From: Anaerolineales bacterium
GTDB taxonomy: Bacteria; Chloroflexota; Anaerolineae; Anaerolineales; UBA6663
DNA: 64,000 nt
Direction: 5' to 3'
NCBI GenBank assembly: GCA_034434015.1
Contig: DAOUAB010000229.1
Location: 1 to 64,000, forward strand
Shown: positions 1 through 9,465 of the stretch, one piece after another
Position numbering within the stretch: position 1 is the stretch's first letter
How the letters are laid out: each line of letters begins with the position of its first letter
The notes under the pieces: model-generated
What the model was told of the DNA's origin: nothing
The model's database searches: none
The model's input: only the letters and a program-made list of their open reading frames with translations
Position numbers and translations under genes: made by a program

Positions 1-2
1 CC

Positions 3-383
3 GATCACCTGCCGGCACATCTGGCCGCGGCCCTGGCCACCACCCGCGAGAGCACCCAGGCCCAGGCCGAGCGCATCGGTCCGGCCACGGCCCAGGTGGT
101 GGCCGAACTTCTGGCCCACCGGCCGCTGGACCGACTGCGCAACGCGGTGCGGGTCCTGGCACTGGCCGAGCGCTACACGCCCGCCCGGCTGGAAGCCGCT
201 TGCCGCCGCGGGCTGGCCTTTGGAGACACCGGCCTGCCCGCCCTCAAACGCATCCTGGCGGAAGGCTTGGACCAAGTGGAACTCCTCACCCCGGCGGCCA
301 GCGTTCTACCTGAGCAGCCGCTCTTTGCCCGGACCCCGGCGGAACTGGCCGAAGCCATCTTGGGAGGGGCGGCATGGAACTGA
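3..383 (+). CDS. istA: IS21-family transposase IstA, C-terminal fragment (5' end outside window)
   Basis: Open frame from the window edge; the C-terminal residues run into an istB gene overlapping at 374, the classic IS21 istA-istB arrangement. Confidence 0.55.
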   Translation, partial: DHLPAHLAAALATTRESTQAQAERIGPATAQVVAELLAHRPLDRLRNAVRVLALAERYTPARLEAACRRGLAFGDTGLPALKRILAEGLDQVELLTPAASVLPEQPLFARTPAELAEAILGGAAWN

Positions 384-1150
384 AACAGCATCTGATCCCG
401 CAGCTCAAGGCTCTGCGGCTGTCCGGCATCCTGGACACGCTGGACACGCGCATCCACCAGGCCGTGGATGAACGCTGGACCTATGGCGACTTCCTGGCCC
501 GTCTCCTGGAAGACGAAGTGGAGCGCCGCCAGCAAAAGCAGTTGGCACTCCGCGTCCGCCGCGCCGATTTGCCCAACGACAAAACCCTGGAAAGCTACGA
601 TTTCACCGCGGTCCCCAGCCTGAACCGCCAACTGCTCTACGAGCTCGCCACCGGCAACTACATCCGCGAACACCGCAACGTCTTGCTCTGCGGCCCGACC
701 GGCGTGGGCAAAACCCATCTGGCCCAGGCCTTGGCGCATGAAGCCTGCCGGCGCGGCTTTGACGTGCTCTTCTCTAACGCCCACAAAATGCTGCGCCATC
801 TCCAGGCCGGCCGCGCCGACAACTCCTACGACAAACGGCTGGCGCAATACGTGCGCGCCGACTTGCTGGTGATCGACGACTTCGGCCTCAAGCCGCTCGC
901 CCCAGCCAACGCCGAAGACCTGTATGACGTGATCGACGAGCGTTACGCCGGCGCCGGGGCGATCCTGCTTACCAGCAATCGCGCGCCGGCGGAGTGGGCG
1001 GCCTGGTTCGCCAATCCGCTCCTGGCCTCGGCCGGCCTTGATCGCCTGGCCCACAACGCCCATGTGATCGTGGTGAACACTGCCAGCTACCGAGCCCGTG
1101 GCCACCGGCGGCTGGAGGAGGTGGGGATTACCCTGGACACCCCCAGGTAG
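374..1150 (+). CDS. istB: IS21-family helper ATPase IstB
   Basis: 258 aa with Walker A GPTGVGKTH and Walker B LLVIDDFG; DnaA/IstB-like AAA; overlaps the preceding istA-like frame. Confidence 0.9.
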   Translation: MELKQHLIPQLKALRLSGILDTLDTRIHQAVDERWTYGDFLARLLEDEVERRQQKQLALRVRRADLPNDKTLESYDFTAVPSLNRQLLYELATGNYIREHRNVLLCGPTGVGKTHLAQALAHEACRRGFDVLFSNAHKMLRHLQAGRADNSYDKRLAQYVRADLLVIDDFGLKPLAPANAEDLYDVIDERYAGAGAILLTSNRAPAEWAAWFANPLLASAGLDRLAHNAHVIVVNTASYRARGHRRLEEVGITLDTPR

Positions 1151-1608
1151 GTCCGCGCGACGCTCAGCCCCAGGGTCTTCCCACTGGCCGACCCGTTCAA
1201 GGGGATGAGCCCGTTTGGCATAAACCGGATGCTGGATGGGGTGCCCCCGAAAAACGGGGGACACCCCATCCAGAGCAACCTATTTATTCCGCACGGCGCA
1301 CCGCGCCCTTGAGCGCGCCGATCCAGCCGGAAAGGCACCGGGCACAGAGCGCGCGCTGGCCAAAATATGTGAGTTCACCACCGACAACCAACGGCCTTAC
1401 TCAACCCGAGCACACGCCAGGCCGGGGCTAAACGCTGGCCCAGTTTGGCCGAGGGTGCCCGGCCCTCTTTAGCCGAGGATTGACACAACAGCGAGTTGAG
1501 GTAGGCGAGTTCCTTTTCCCGGGCGACAAACACTTCCGGGCCCTCCGATTGATACGAAGCATCACTCAGATTATTATAATCTGCAAGGGCTATCATGGCA
1601 GCGCTCCA

Positions 1609-2601
1609 TTACAGCCGCCAATTGTCCGCCGGGCTGGCCCGCCGGTGGGCGTCCTGCACGTCGACCTGGGCGATGCGGGCGTAGTGCTGGACCATCTCCA
1701 GCGAGCGATGGCCCAGCAGCGCCTGCAGGGTAAACAGGTCGCCGCCCGAACGCAGATACGTGATCGCGAAGGTGTGTCGGAAACGATGGGGATGGCAGTG
1801 GCCAATCCCGGCCCGCTGGCCGGCGCGCTCAATCAGCTTGAGCAGCACGTCGCGCTTGAGTGTCCGGTTGAACTTGCCGATGAAGAGCGGCGCCTCCGGG
1901 TCCCGGCCATCTTCGCGCTCGGCCAGATAGCGCCAGACGGCCCGGCGCGCGGCCTTGCCCAGGTAGACGAAACGGCCTTTGCCGCCCTTGGCGCCGCCGG
2001 CCCGGCCATGTTTGACGTGCACCTTGCCGGTCGCCTGTTCGAGGTCCCCGACTTGCAGGCTGCACAACTCGCCGGCCCGCAGGCCGGTGTCCACCAGCAT
2101 CAGGATCAGAGCCCGGTCGCGGTTGGCCGTCGGCCGGCGCATCACGAACTTGCGGCGGGCGTCCGTCTTGGCCTCGCGCGAGTACTCGCACGCCTTCAAC
2201 AGGCGTTCAATCTCTTCTTTGGTAAAGGCTTCGACCGGAGGGTATTTGAACTTCGGCGCCGGCACGCCCTTCATCGGGTTCTCGAAGTGGAATTCCGTGC
2301 TGGCCCAGCGGAAGAAGGCCGACAGGCTGACCCAGATGTTGCGGAGCGTTTTCGAGGAGAGCGGCGCGGTGCTGCCGCCTAGCCGGCGGGGTTTGTAGTC
2401 TGAGCGCATCCAGGCCAGGTAGGCGCGCAGGTCGGCGGTGGGGATGTTCTGCACCTCCCGTTCCCCGATATGGTTGGCGAAGACTGTCAGGTGATCTTTG
2501 TGGGCATACAGGGTCGCGGCGCTGAGCGCCTCGGCCGTTTTGTATTGCAGGAAGCCTTCAATTGCTATTCCGAGTTTTAGCCTCTGCAGACTGCGGTTCA
2601 T
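1609..2601 (-). CDS. Tyrosine-type site-specific integrase (phage integrase family)
   Basis: 330 aa; C-terminal catalytic region with R...HxxR...Y (HRFRHTFAITYL, LGHRSLEMVQHY); N-terminal SAM-like core-binding domain. Sits immediately next to a tRNA-like fragment. Confidence 0.85.
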   Translation of the reverse strand: MNRSLQRLKLGIAIEGFLQYKTAEALSAATLYAHKDHLTVFANHIGEREVQNIPTADLRAYLAWMRSDYKPRRLGGSTAPLSSKTLRNIWVSLSAFFRWASTEFHFENPMKGVPAPKFKYPPVEAFTKEEIERLLKACEYSREAKTDARRKFVMRRPTANRDRALILMLVDTGLRAGELCSLQVGDLEQATGKVHVKHGRAGGAKGGKGRFVYLGKAARRAVWRYLAEREDGRDPEAPLFIGKFNRTLKRDVLLKLIERAGQRAGIGHCHPHRFRHTFAITYLRSGGDLFTLQALLGHRSLEMVQHYARIAQVDVQDAHRRASPADNWRL

Positions 2602-2694
2602 TTCGGGATCCTCCGTTATAGTGGGTCTCCCGAACTCGAGTCCGCTGGGCCAATGAAAACACCCTAGCCTTTTGGACTAGGGTGCCTCTCAGAG

Positions 2695-2768
2695 TAGCGG
2701 GGGTTGGATTCGAACCAACGACCTCCGGGTTATGAGTTCTCATCCTGAGAGACAGGCCTTAGTCCAAT
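2695..2768 (-). tRNA. tRNA 3'-half-like fragment (T-arm GTTGG-TTCGAAT-CCAAC plus acceptor 3' strand), probable integration att remnant; no complete cloverleaf could be folded
   Basis: Minus-strand reading gives a canonical T-arm/T-loop GGTTCGAATCC followed by CCCCGCT-A. The acceptor 5' partner AGCGGGG is absent upstream. Directly abuts the integrase. Confidence 0.4.
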
Positions 2769-3491
2769 CGAACATGACGCTGAGCCTGGCCCGACGCACT
2801 CAAGCCCGAATAGACCTTGAGTGTGCTGATTGCGAATCAGTATAGCGTATGTTGAATCGAATGCAAGAGTGAATTTGGATGCACGCGCCATTTTCCTGGA
2901 ACCAGAGTCCGTAAAGCCAAACGACCACCACTGGTCGAGCAAAGTATTTCAGGGCTTTGCTCCTTTATCTTCGTACCACAACCGCACGTTTTGACCCTGG
3001 CGACGACACCGCCTGACAGGGTGCTCTCGTCGTTTGCCGTTGCCCAGCAGCGAATTTCGGGCTACCCGTATTTGCCCACCGATTTTCGGGTAGCCCGAAT
3101 TTACGCTCCCCCGTCGGCGGCTCCCGGCGGCCGGCAGCCAAACAAAGCCCCATGCACCTGAATTTCGTGGAGAGTTCGGAGAAATCTCGGAGGCTTTTCG
3201 GATGTCGCGACACGATTCTGCGATAGGCTGCGTCTCGACTTCTCTCGGCATCGGGTGTGCTGTCAGGATGAGTGACCGGCACCTGGTGCCCCTGGCTGTG
3301 TGCAGACATGGCCGTACGAGTCGCGAGGCCGGCGTCCCCCTCGCCCGGATGACTCGGACCCAGGCCGCGGGCGCATTTACCAGGCGAAAGGCTGGTCTGC
3401 ATGGCAGTTGACCGGGTTTGCGTGAGTGGAGAAGAACGACCTAAACAGACGAAACGGGTTCGCCATTTGACAAAACCGTTCGTCGCTCAGA

Positions 3492-4451
3492 TTGGCCCAG
3501 GAGGCAGGCATGGCATCACTCAAAGGGCAGGTGACTTATTGTTTGAACTCGCTCCAGGCGTACGGGAGCAGCCGGAGGCAGGCGCTCCGACAGGGCACCG
3601 CCGAGCAGTCCATTTATTCGTTCCGCACGATGCAGACGTATTGCCAACTTAATGTGACTTTTGCCGAATGGTGCCAGGACGAACACGGCGCCCGGCGCCT
3701 GGGAGACATTACCCCGGCCATGGCGGAAGCGTTTGTGGCCAGCCTGCGGGAACGCGCTTTGTCCCCCGCCACCATCAACACGTACGTATGCGCCATCAAG
3801 AAGCTGGACACCGGGCTCCGCAAATTAGGCTGGCGCCGGCGCAACGCCGAGCCCTTCGTTTTAGAGTTTGCAGGCCGCAGCGCGGATGCAGTGCCTAATC
3901 CTTATTCTCCCGAAAATGCGGAGCAGTTGATTGCGGGCCTCCATAAGATTGACCCCCAGTATGGACAGGTGGCCCGCCTTCAGCGGGTGAGCGGGTTACG
4001 GGTCAGCGAAGCCGTCCATCTTCAGGCGGAACTGATCGCTCTGGACGGGAGTTGGGTCACGCTGCAAGGGTCTGGCATCCACACCAAGGGCGGGCGCCCT
4101 CGGCGGGTGCCCATTCTTCCCAGACATCAACCATTACTCGTCCAGCTGCGAGCGCAGGGGCTCGCTCACCTGGACCTGCACGTGTTCCAACAGCGGCAAT
4201 CGCTCACGGCCGCCGTCAAACGCGCAACCAGCCGCTTGGTCGCCCGACTGAACATCCAGATCGGCGATGGCACACACTCACTGCGCAAGCTGTATGCCAA
4301 TGAGTTGTACCAGTATCTCCGTCATGAGAAAGCCATGTCCGACGGGGAAGCCCGCCAGGTCGTCAGCCAGGCACTGGGCCACAACCGCTTGGACGTATTG
4401 AAGGCGTATCTGGCTGAAGTCACGATCTCGGATCCAGGCCACAGGGCTTGA
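3492..4451 (+). CDS. Tyrosine recombinase / integrase family protein
   Basis: 319 aa; C-terminal motifs GLRVSEA, HSLRKLYANELY and LGHNRLDVLKAY match the R...HxxR...Y catalytic pattern of tyrosine recombinases. Confidence 0.7.
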   Translation: MAQEAGMASLKGQVTYCLNSLQAYGSSRRQALRQGTAEQSIYSFRTMQTYCQLNVTFAEWCQDEHGARRLGDITPAMAEAFVASLRERALSPATINTYVCAIKKLDTGLRKLGWRRRNAEPFVLEFAGRSADAVPNPYSPENAEQLIAGLHKIDPQYGQVARLQRVSGLRVSEAVHLQAELIALDGSWVTLQGSGIHTKGGRPRRVPILPRHQPLLVQLRAQGLAHLDLHVFQQRQSLTAAVKRATSRLVARLNIQIGDGTHSLRKLYANELYQYLRHEKAMSDGEARQVVSQALGHNRLDVLKAYLAEVTISDPGHRA

Positions 4452-4517
4452 CTGTCTTCACCGGAACGCTCGGGCTGCCTCCGTACTTATGGCCCAGCTA
4501 TGTAAGCTGGGTCATTG

Positions 4518-4559
4518 CCATAGAAGCCCGGCGGCTGGTCAGCCGCCGGGCTTCTATGG
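4518..4559 (+). terminator. Perfect 19-bp stem / 4-nt loop hairpin downstream of recombinase gene
   Basis: ccatagaagcccggcggct-ggtc-agccgccgggcttctatgg; no U-tract, which is common in high-GC genomes. Confidence 0.45.
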
Positions 4560-4649
4560 GAGGAGGTCCAACCCACTTCGGGAAGTCACCCCGAAGCGCC
4601 CACCCAGATAATCGGCAGTGTGAAGGCGAGGCTGCTCCACAATACGGCC

Positions 4650-5250
4650 AGCCCTAAATGTGGGCAACCCGTGGCCGGATCAAGTGTCGCGCTCGTCCGG
4701 CACTTACCGCTAAAATCCCTGGCCGCTGTCCTGGAGGATGGGTTGACGTGTGAGCCCTGCGCCAGGAAGAGCGACCGGAACTTAAGGGTGTTGGCGGCCA
4801 GTTGCTCGTGGTTGCCATCTCGATCAGGCGGCCGTCCAGCATCACGATAATGTTCTCGGCCTTGCGGATTGTGTCGGAGCGGTGGGTGACGAAGACGGCC
4901 GCAGGTCGAAGATCGGTCGCTTGCCGAGCGGGTCCAGGCTGGCGGTTAGCCTGTCAAGGATGATGAGCGGTGAGTCGTGGTCGAGCAGCCCGCCAACGCC
5001 GGCCGCTGCCACAGGCCACCCGAGAGGTCCGTCACCCGCCGAACCCCAAGCCGACGATCGTGCTAGGCTGGCGTCGGCGAAATACAGAGCCTTGAGTGAG
5101 TCAATGTGTGTGGGGTAGCCTGCCAGGCGGCGATTTTATCCTGGAGTGTCTCTGAGATGGCGGACCCAACCTTCTCGTCCTCAGCGTCCACGCGTTCTCA
5201 TGCAGCTAAGGGCCTCGGACAGGAAAGGCGGGATCTTGTGGCAGGCCCGG
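4650..5250 (-). pseudogene. Degraded ABC-transporter ATPase remnant (multiple frames)
   Basis: Minus-strand fragments VFVTHRSDTIRKAENIIVMLDGRLIE and LLDHDSPLIILD resemble ABC ATPase C-terminal and D-loop regions but lie in different frames with no intact ORF. Confidence 0.4.
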
Positions 5251-5303
5251 GTGAGCATCACCTTCCACGGTCCGGGGGATTGACAAAAGGGCAGTTCTGA
5301 ATA

Positions 5304-5317
5304 AGATATGCATATCT
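5304..5317 (+). promoter_or_regulatory. Perfect 14-bp palindrome AGATATGCATATCT in an AT-rich stretch just upstream of the ArsR-family gene; candidate ArsR/SmtB operator
   Basis: Palindrome seen directly; lies 23 bp upstream of the arsR start in a locally AT-rich promoter-like region. ArsR/SmtB operators are imperfect 12-2-12 AT-rich repeats. Confidence 0.4.
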
Positions 5318-5339
5318 GAGTATACGTTCAGGTATTTCT

Positions 5340-5654
5340 ATGATGATCGCCACAGCCAAGACCCACCTCCTCGACGAACGGACCGCTGCGCAAGTCGCGG
5401 AACTGTTCCGCGCGTTCAGCGACTCCAGCCGAGTGCGCATCATCGCCGCCCTGGCCGATGGAGAAATGAACGTGAGCGCTCTGGCCCAGGCTGCCAACGT
5501 CAGCGAGTCGGCGGTTTCTCACCACATGCGCGGCCTGCGACAGATGCGCCTGGTCCGGGCCCGCAAGGAAGGGCGTCAGGTCTTTTACGCTCTGGACGAC
5601 GACCATGTGGCGGCGCTATTCCGGCAGGGGCTGGAGCACGTCCGGCATGGATAG
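5340..5654 (+). CDS. ArsR/SmtB-family metalloregulatory transcriptional repressor
   Basis: 104 aa winged-HTH; VSALAQAANVSESAVSHHMRGLRQMRLV is typical of ArsR; precedes a P1B ATPase. Confidence 0.85.
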   Translation: MMIATAKTHLLDERTAAQVAELFRAFSDSSRVRIIAALADGEMNVSALAQAANVSESAVSHHMRGLRQMRLVRARKEGRQVFYALDDDHVAALFRQGLEHVRHG

Positions 5655-5967
5655 TCCCCAGAGTAGACGCTGGGCGCTGGCCGTGATTATCGGCCTGGTC
5701 CTCGCCGGACTGATCGGCCACCTGCTCCTGGCGGCGGCCTGTCCGGCGCCGGAACGGGCCCGCCCCGCATGTCCGGATGTTTCCCAGGCAGCGGGCGAAC
5801 TCGACCCCGGGACGTGCGCCCTGCACGCCGGATTTCAAGCGCCGCTGGCAATCCCGCTAAGCCTTCCACTGGCCCTGGTGCTGTTGGCGTTGGTCTGGCC
5901 GCGCCCCCGCGATCCAGAGACGCCGCGTTTCGCCTTCTTCCGTCCCCCCGTCGCCCTCTCAGCCTAG
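5647..5967 (+). CDS. Small hypothetical membrane protein with Cys pairs (CPAPERARPACPD)
   Basis: ATG overlaps the arsR stop (ATGGATAG); one hydrophobic helix; lies between the regulator and the ATPase. Confidence 0.3.
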   Translation: MDSPQSRRWALAVIIGLVLAGLIGHLLLAAACPAPERARPACPDVSQAAGELDPGTCALHAGFQAPLAIPLSLPLALVLLALVWPRPRDPETPRFAFFRPPVALSA

Positions 5968-6056
5968 CGCCGCGCCTGCCGCCGGCGTCTGTATGTCTTG
6001 TGGCTCGCTTTCTGCCAGGGCGAGCCTGGAACTTGGTGTTGCTTTGGAGTGCCTGA

Positions 6057-8399
6057 ATGTCCGAGAAAACGATTGAACTGGAGATCCCCGTGCTCCTGCC
6101 CGGGGTCGAGACCGATGATGACAGTTGCCTGGACCGGCTGGAGGCGGCCCTGCGCCACCAGAGAGGCCTGCTGCGCGTTCACCTCGAGCGCGAGAAACGG
6201 CCGGTCACCCTGTGCCTGCACTATGACCCCAACCTGATGAGCGTCGCGGATGTGAAACGCGCCGCCCAGCGTGCCGGCGCCCAAATCGCCAACCGCTTTC
6301 ACCATGACCTGCTCGCCATCGAGGGCATGGACTGCTCCGATTGCATCAAGGTCATCGAGCACGGCGTGGGCCGAATGCCGGGCGTCCTGGCTGTGAGTGT
6401 GAATTACCCGTCGCAGAAGCTGCGGGTGGAGTACGACACGGAGGCCACCAGCCGCGCGGCGATTGAGAAGCGCGTGCGCGGGCTGGGCTACACCGTCGCC
6501 GCCGAGGGCTGGCGAAGCTGGTATCAGGAGAATCGCGAGATCCTGTTCAGCGTCACCGCCGGCGTCCTGGTCGCCATCGGCTGGGTGGGGGAGACGTTCC
6601 TCGGCCTGCCCGCCCTCGTGGCCACCGTGCTCTACCTGGCCGCCTATGTCTTTGGCGGCTGGGACGTGTCCCGCCACGCCTGGCATGCAGTGAAGGAGCG
6701 CCACTTCGATACCGATCTGCTCATGGTCATGGCCGCCCTCGGCGCCGCGTTCCTGGGTGAGTTCGCCGAGGGCGCCTTCCTGCTCTTCCTCTTCAGCCTG
6801 GGCCATGCGCTCGAAGAACGGGCGCTTGACCGCGCCCGTCAGGCGGTGCGGGCGCTGGCGGACCTGGCACCCAAGACTGCCCTGGTGAGACGCGGCGAGC
6901 GCGAACAGGAATTGCAGGTCGAGGAGCTGCGCCTGGACGACATCGTCGTGGTGAGGCCGGGCACCCGGATCCCGGTCGACGGGGACGTGCTCGCCGGGCA
7001 GTCGGCCGTCAACCAGGCGCCGGTCACGGGCGAGTCCGCGCCCGTGGACAAGGCGCCCGGCGACCGGGTCTTCGCCGGGACGGTGAACGGCGAGGGCGCG
7101 CTGGAGGTAAAAGTGACCCGGCTGGCCCAGGACAGCACCCTGGCGCGGGTCATGAAGATGGTCGAGGAGGCCCAGACCCAGAAGTCCCCAACGCAGCAGA
7201 CGGTGGAGCGCTTCGAGCGTGTGTTTGTGCCGGCGGTGCTCGTCATCACCCTGCTCGTGATCGCCGTGCCGCCCTTGTTTGGCGTGCCCTTCCAGGTGTC
7301 TTTCCTGCGGGCGATGACGCTTCTGGTCGCGGCCTCTCCGTGCGCCCTGGCGCTCGGCACGCCGGCCTCGATCCTGGCCGGGGTCGCGCAGGCCGCGCGC
7401 AACGGCGTTCTGGTCAAAGGCGGCGTCCATCTGGAGAATCTCGGCCGGCTCAAAGCCATCGCCTTCGACAAGACCGGCACCATCACCCACGGTCAGCCGG
7501 AAGTGACCGATGTCGTGGCGTTCGGCGCGCAACTGAAAGACACCCAGCTTCTGTCGATCGCGGGCGCTGTGGAAAACCGCTCCGGCCACCCGCTGGCGCA
7601 GGCCGTCGTGCGCGCGGCCCAAGGCAAAGGGCTGGCGCTTCCCGACCCGGGCGAGGTGGAGTCGCTGACCGGGCGCGGCCTGCGCTCAACCGTCAACGGC
7701 CAAGTGGTGCTGATCGGCAACCCTAAATTGATGGACGAGTCGAATGTGACCGTGTCAGCCGACGCGCAAGCCAGGCTGGAGTCGCTGCAAGGCGAAGGCA
7801 AGACCATCATGCTGGTGGCGGTTGACGGGACCCTGGCCGGCGTGATCGCGGTGGCCGACACGCTCCGCCTCGAGGCGGCGTCGGCGATGGCGGCCCTGAG
7901 GCACCTCGGCGTGCAGGAAACCGTGATGCTCACGGGCGACAACGCCCGGGTGGCGAAAGCGATTGCGGGGAAGGTCGGCCTGACCACCTTCCGCGCCGAC
8001 CTCCTGCCGGAAGACAAAGTGACCACGGTCCGCCAGTTGAATGAGAAGTTCGGTCAGACGGCGATGGTGGGCGACGGCGTAAACGATGCCCCCGCGCTGG
8101 CGAACGCGACCGTCGGCATCGCGATGGGCGGCGCCGGCACGGATGTGGCGCTGGAGACGGCCGACGTGGCCCTGATGGGCGACGATCTCTCGAAGCTGCC
8201 TTTCGCGGTTGGATTGGGCCGCGCCACGCGGGCCATTATTCAGCAGAACCTGTTCATCTCGCTCGGTGTGATCGCACTGCTGGTGATCGCCTCGCTTACC
8301 GGCTGGACCGGCATCGGGATCGCCATCCTGTTTCATGAGGGCAGCACGATTGTGGTAGTGCTGAACGCGCTCCGGCTTCTGGGCTATCGGGCCTCATGA
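6057..8399 (+). CDS. Heavy-metal translocating P1B-type ATPase (HMA N-domain GMDCSDC; TM6 motif SPC)
   Basis: 780 aa; N-terminal HMA CxxC, DKTGTIT phosphorylation site, GDGVNDAP hinge, SPC in TM6. Confidence 0.9.
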   Translation: MSEKTIELEIPVLLPGVETDDDSCLDRLEAALRHQRGLLRVHLEREKRPVTLCLHYDPNLMSVADVKRAAQRAGAQIANRFHHDLLAIEGMDCSDCIKVIEHGVGRMPGVLAVSVNYPSQKLRVEYDTEATSRAAIEKRVRGLGYTVAAEGWRSWYQENREILFSVTAGVLVAIGWVGETFLGLPALVATVLYLAAYVFGGWDVSRHAWHAVKERHFDTDLLMVMAALGAAFLGEFAEGAFLLFLFSLGHALEERALDRARQAVRALADLAPKTALVRRGEREQELQVEELRLDDIVVVRPGTRIPVDGDVLAGQSAVNQAPVTGESAPVDKAPGDRVFAGTVNGEGALEVKVTRLAQDSTLARVMKMVEEAQTQKSPTQQTVERFERVFVPAVLVITLLVIAVPPLFGVPFQVSFLRAMTLLVAASPCALALGTPASILAGVAQAARNGVLVKGGVHLENLGRLKAIAFDKTGTITHGQPEVTDVVAFGAQLKDTQLLSIAGAVENRSGHPLAQAVVRAAQGKGLALPDPGEVESLTGRGLRSTVNGQVVLIGNPKLMDESNVTVSADAQARLESLQGEGKTIMLVAVDGTLAGVIAVADTLRLEAASAMAALRHLGVQETVMLTGDNARVAKAIAGKVGLTTFRADLLPEDKVTTVRQLNEKFGQTAMVGDGVNDAPALANATVGIAMGGAGTDVALETADVALMGDDLSKLPFAVGLGRATRAIIQQNLFISLGVIALLVIASLTGWTGIGIAILFHEGSTIVVVLNALRLLGYRAS

Positions 8400-8509
8400 G
8401 GGACAGGCCGCGGCAGGACGGGCATGAACGGCTGGAATAACGCAGACTGACCGCGCGCAACAGGTGAAGGCGTGCCCGGTTCTGTAACTCTACCAAACAG
8501 GAGGCCTTT

Positions 8510-8797
8510 ATGGAGCCCTTACAGGCGCTGTCCTTGATACTCGATCTGGCCACGGTTGGCCTGACGGTGGCGATGTTCCTGGCGCGTCCACGCGTTGGCG
8601 GCGCCATGGGGCAGGGGATCCAGATCCTCACCATTGGCTTCGTGGTGTTAGGCGTCGCATTTGTCACCGAAACTGGATTGTTCATCCTATCCCGCCTCAG
8701 TTTCCAGGCCAACGAAGTGATTCATCGCATGCTCATTGGGCTGGGGTTTGTCTTGATTATCTGGGGTTTTGGCGTGATGCGGCGCGCTTTCCAGTAG
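8510..8797 (+). CDS. Hypothetical small membrane protein (3 TM)
   Basis: Strong RBS aggagg 6 nt upstream; hydrophobic helices. Confidence 0.5.
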   Translation: MEPLQALSLILDLATVGLTVAMFLARPRVGGAMGQGIQILTIGFVVLGVAFVTETGLFILSRLSFQANEVIHRMLIGLGFVLIIWGFGVMRRAFQ

Positions 8798-8806
8798 CCG
8801 GACGGA

Positions 8807-9430
8807 ATGGATATCTTTGAGAGTATCACGAACGGGATCGTCAGCGCCGGAGCAATTATCCTGCTGGGTGTGATCCTCGCGAGCTGGCTGGCGAGTTATC
8901 GCAGACCAAAGGCCAGGCCGGTTAGGTCGGGTGACTGGTTCTTCACGCTTCCCACGTGGGCGCAAATCGTCGGTGGAGTTGGTGCCTGCGTGCTCTTTGC
9001 CTATCTGGGCTATCTGTTGTGGCTTCCGCTCCCGCTGACTGTTTCGCCCCTCGTGTCATGGATATTGCAGGTTGCCGGGCTGGTGCTTTTTCTCGCGGGG
9101 TGGCTCCTGGTCTTGTGGGCGCGCTGGGCGCTCGGCGCGATGTATGGAGTCAGCACCAGTTTCGCCGCGCCGCTGCGAGCGCAACACCGGCTGATCCAGC
9201 ACGGGCCGTACGCGTTCGTCCGGCACCCGATGTACCTGGGCTACTGGCTTTTGCTGTTGGGCATCACCTTGGTGTACCGCGCGTGGACGCCGTTGTTGCT
9301 CCTGGTGATATGCCTGGCCTCGTTCTACAGGCGGGCACGGCGCGAGGAGCAAGTGCTAGCCGAGACATTCGGCGTAGAGTGGCAGGGCTACAAGGCAAGG
9401 ACAAAGTTTCTCATCCCCTGGGTGTATTGA
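8807..9430 (+). CDS. ICMT/PEMT-family membrane methyltransferase
   Basis: 207 aa multi-TM; HGPYAFVRHPMYLGYWL ... EEQVLAETFGVEWQGYKARTKFLIPW matches the isoprenylcysteine carboxyl methyltransferase family signature. Confidence 0.75.
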   Translation: MDIFESITNGIVSAGAIILLGVILASWLASYRRPKARPVRSGDWFFTLPTWAQIVGGVGACVLFAYLGYLLWLPLPLTVSPLVSWILQVAGLVLFLAGWLLVLWARWALGAMYGVSTSFAAPLRAQHRLIQHGPYAFVRHPMYLGYWLLLLGITLVYRAWTPLLLLVICLASFYRRARREEQVLAETFGVEWQGYKARTKFLIPWVY

Positions 9431-9465
9431 GGATGAGCAGTCAACCGGGAAAGGAGAGAGGATCG

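Larger units (their letters stand above)
1..1280 (+). mobile_element. IS21-family insertion sequence, right (3') portion; right end near the 1231-1271 imperfect hairpin/IR
   Basis: istA C-terminus plus istB. A 16-bp imperfect inverted repeat ggatggggtgcccccg-aaaaa-cgggggacaccccatcc at 1231-1271 could be a terminal structure. Exact end not determinable. Confidence 0.5.

Noticed and set aside
173-1264. 363-aa minus-strand ORF
   Set aside because: Antisense to the well-supported istB gene; typical high-GC shadow ORF with no motifs.
1480-2382. 300-aa plus-strand ORF
   Set aside because: Antisense to the integrase gene; Arg/Ala-rich low-complexity translation.
2695-3110. Possible tmRNA (ssrA) gene adjacent to the integrase
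   Set aside because: Only a T-arm/acceptor 3' strand is present. No matching 5' acceptor strand (GGCGGGG or AGCGGGG) or tag-peptide reading frame was found within about 400 nt.
5964-7622. 552-aa minus-strand ORF
   Set aside because: Antisense to the P1B ATPase; spurious.
8956-9465. N-terminal 170 codons of track ORF 8956..9774
   Set aside because: Overlaps the ICMT methyltransferase in another frame. The real gene starts at ATG 9466 with a good RBS and a lipoprotein signal.
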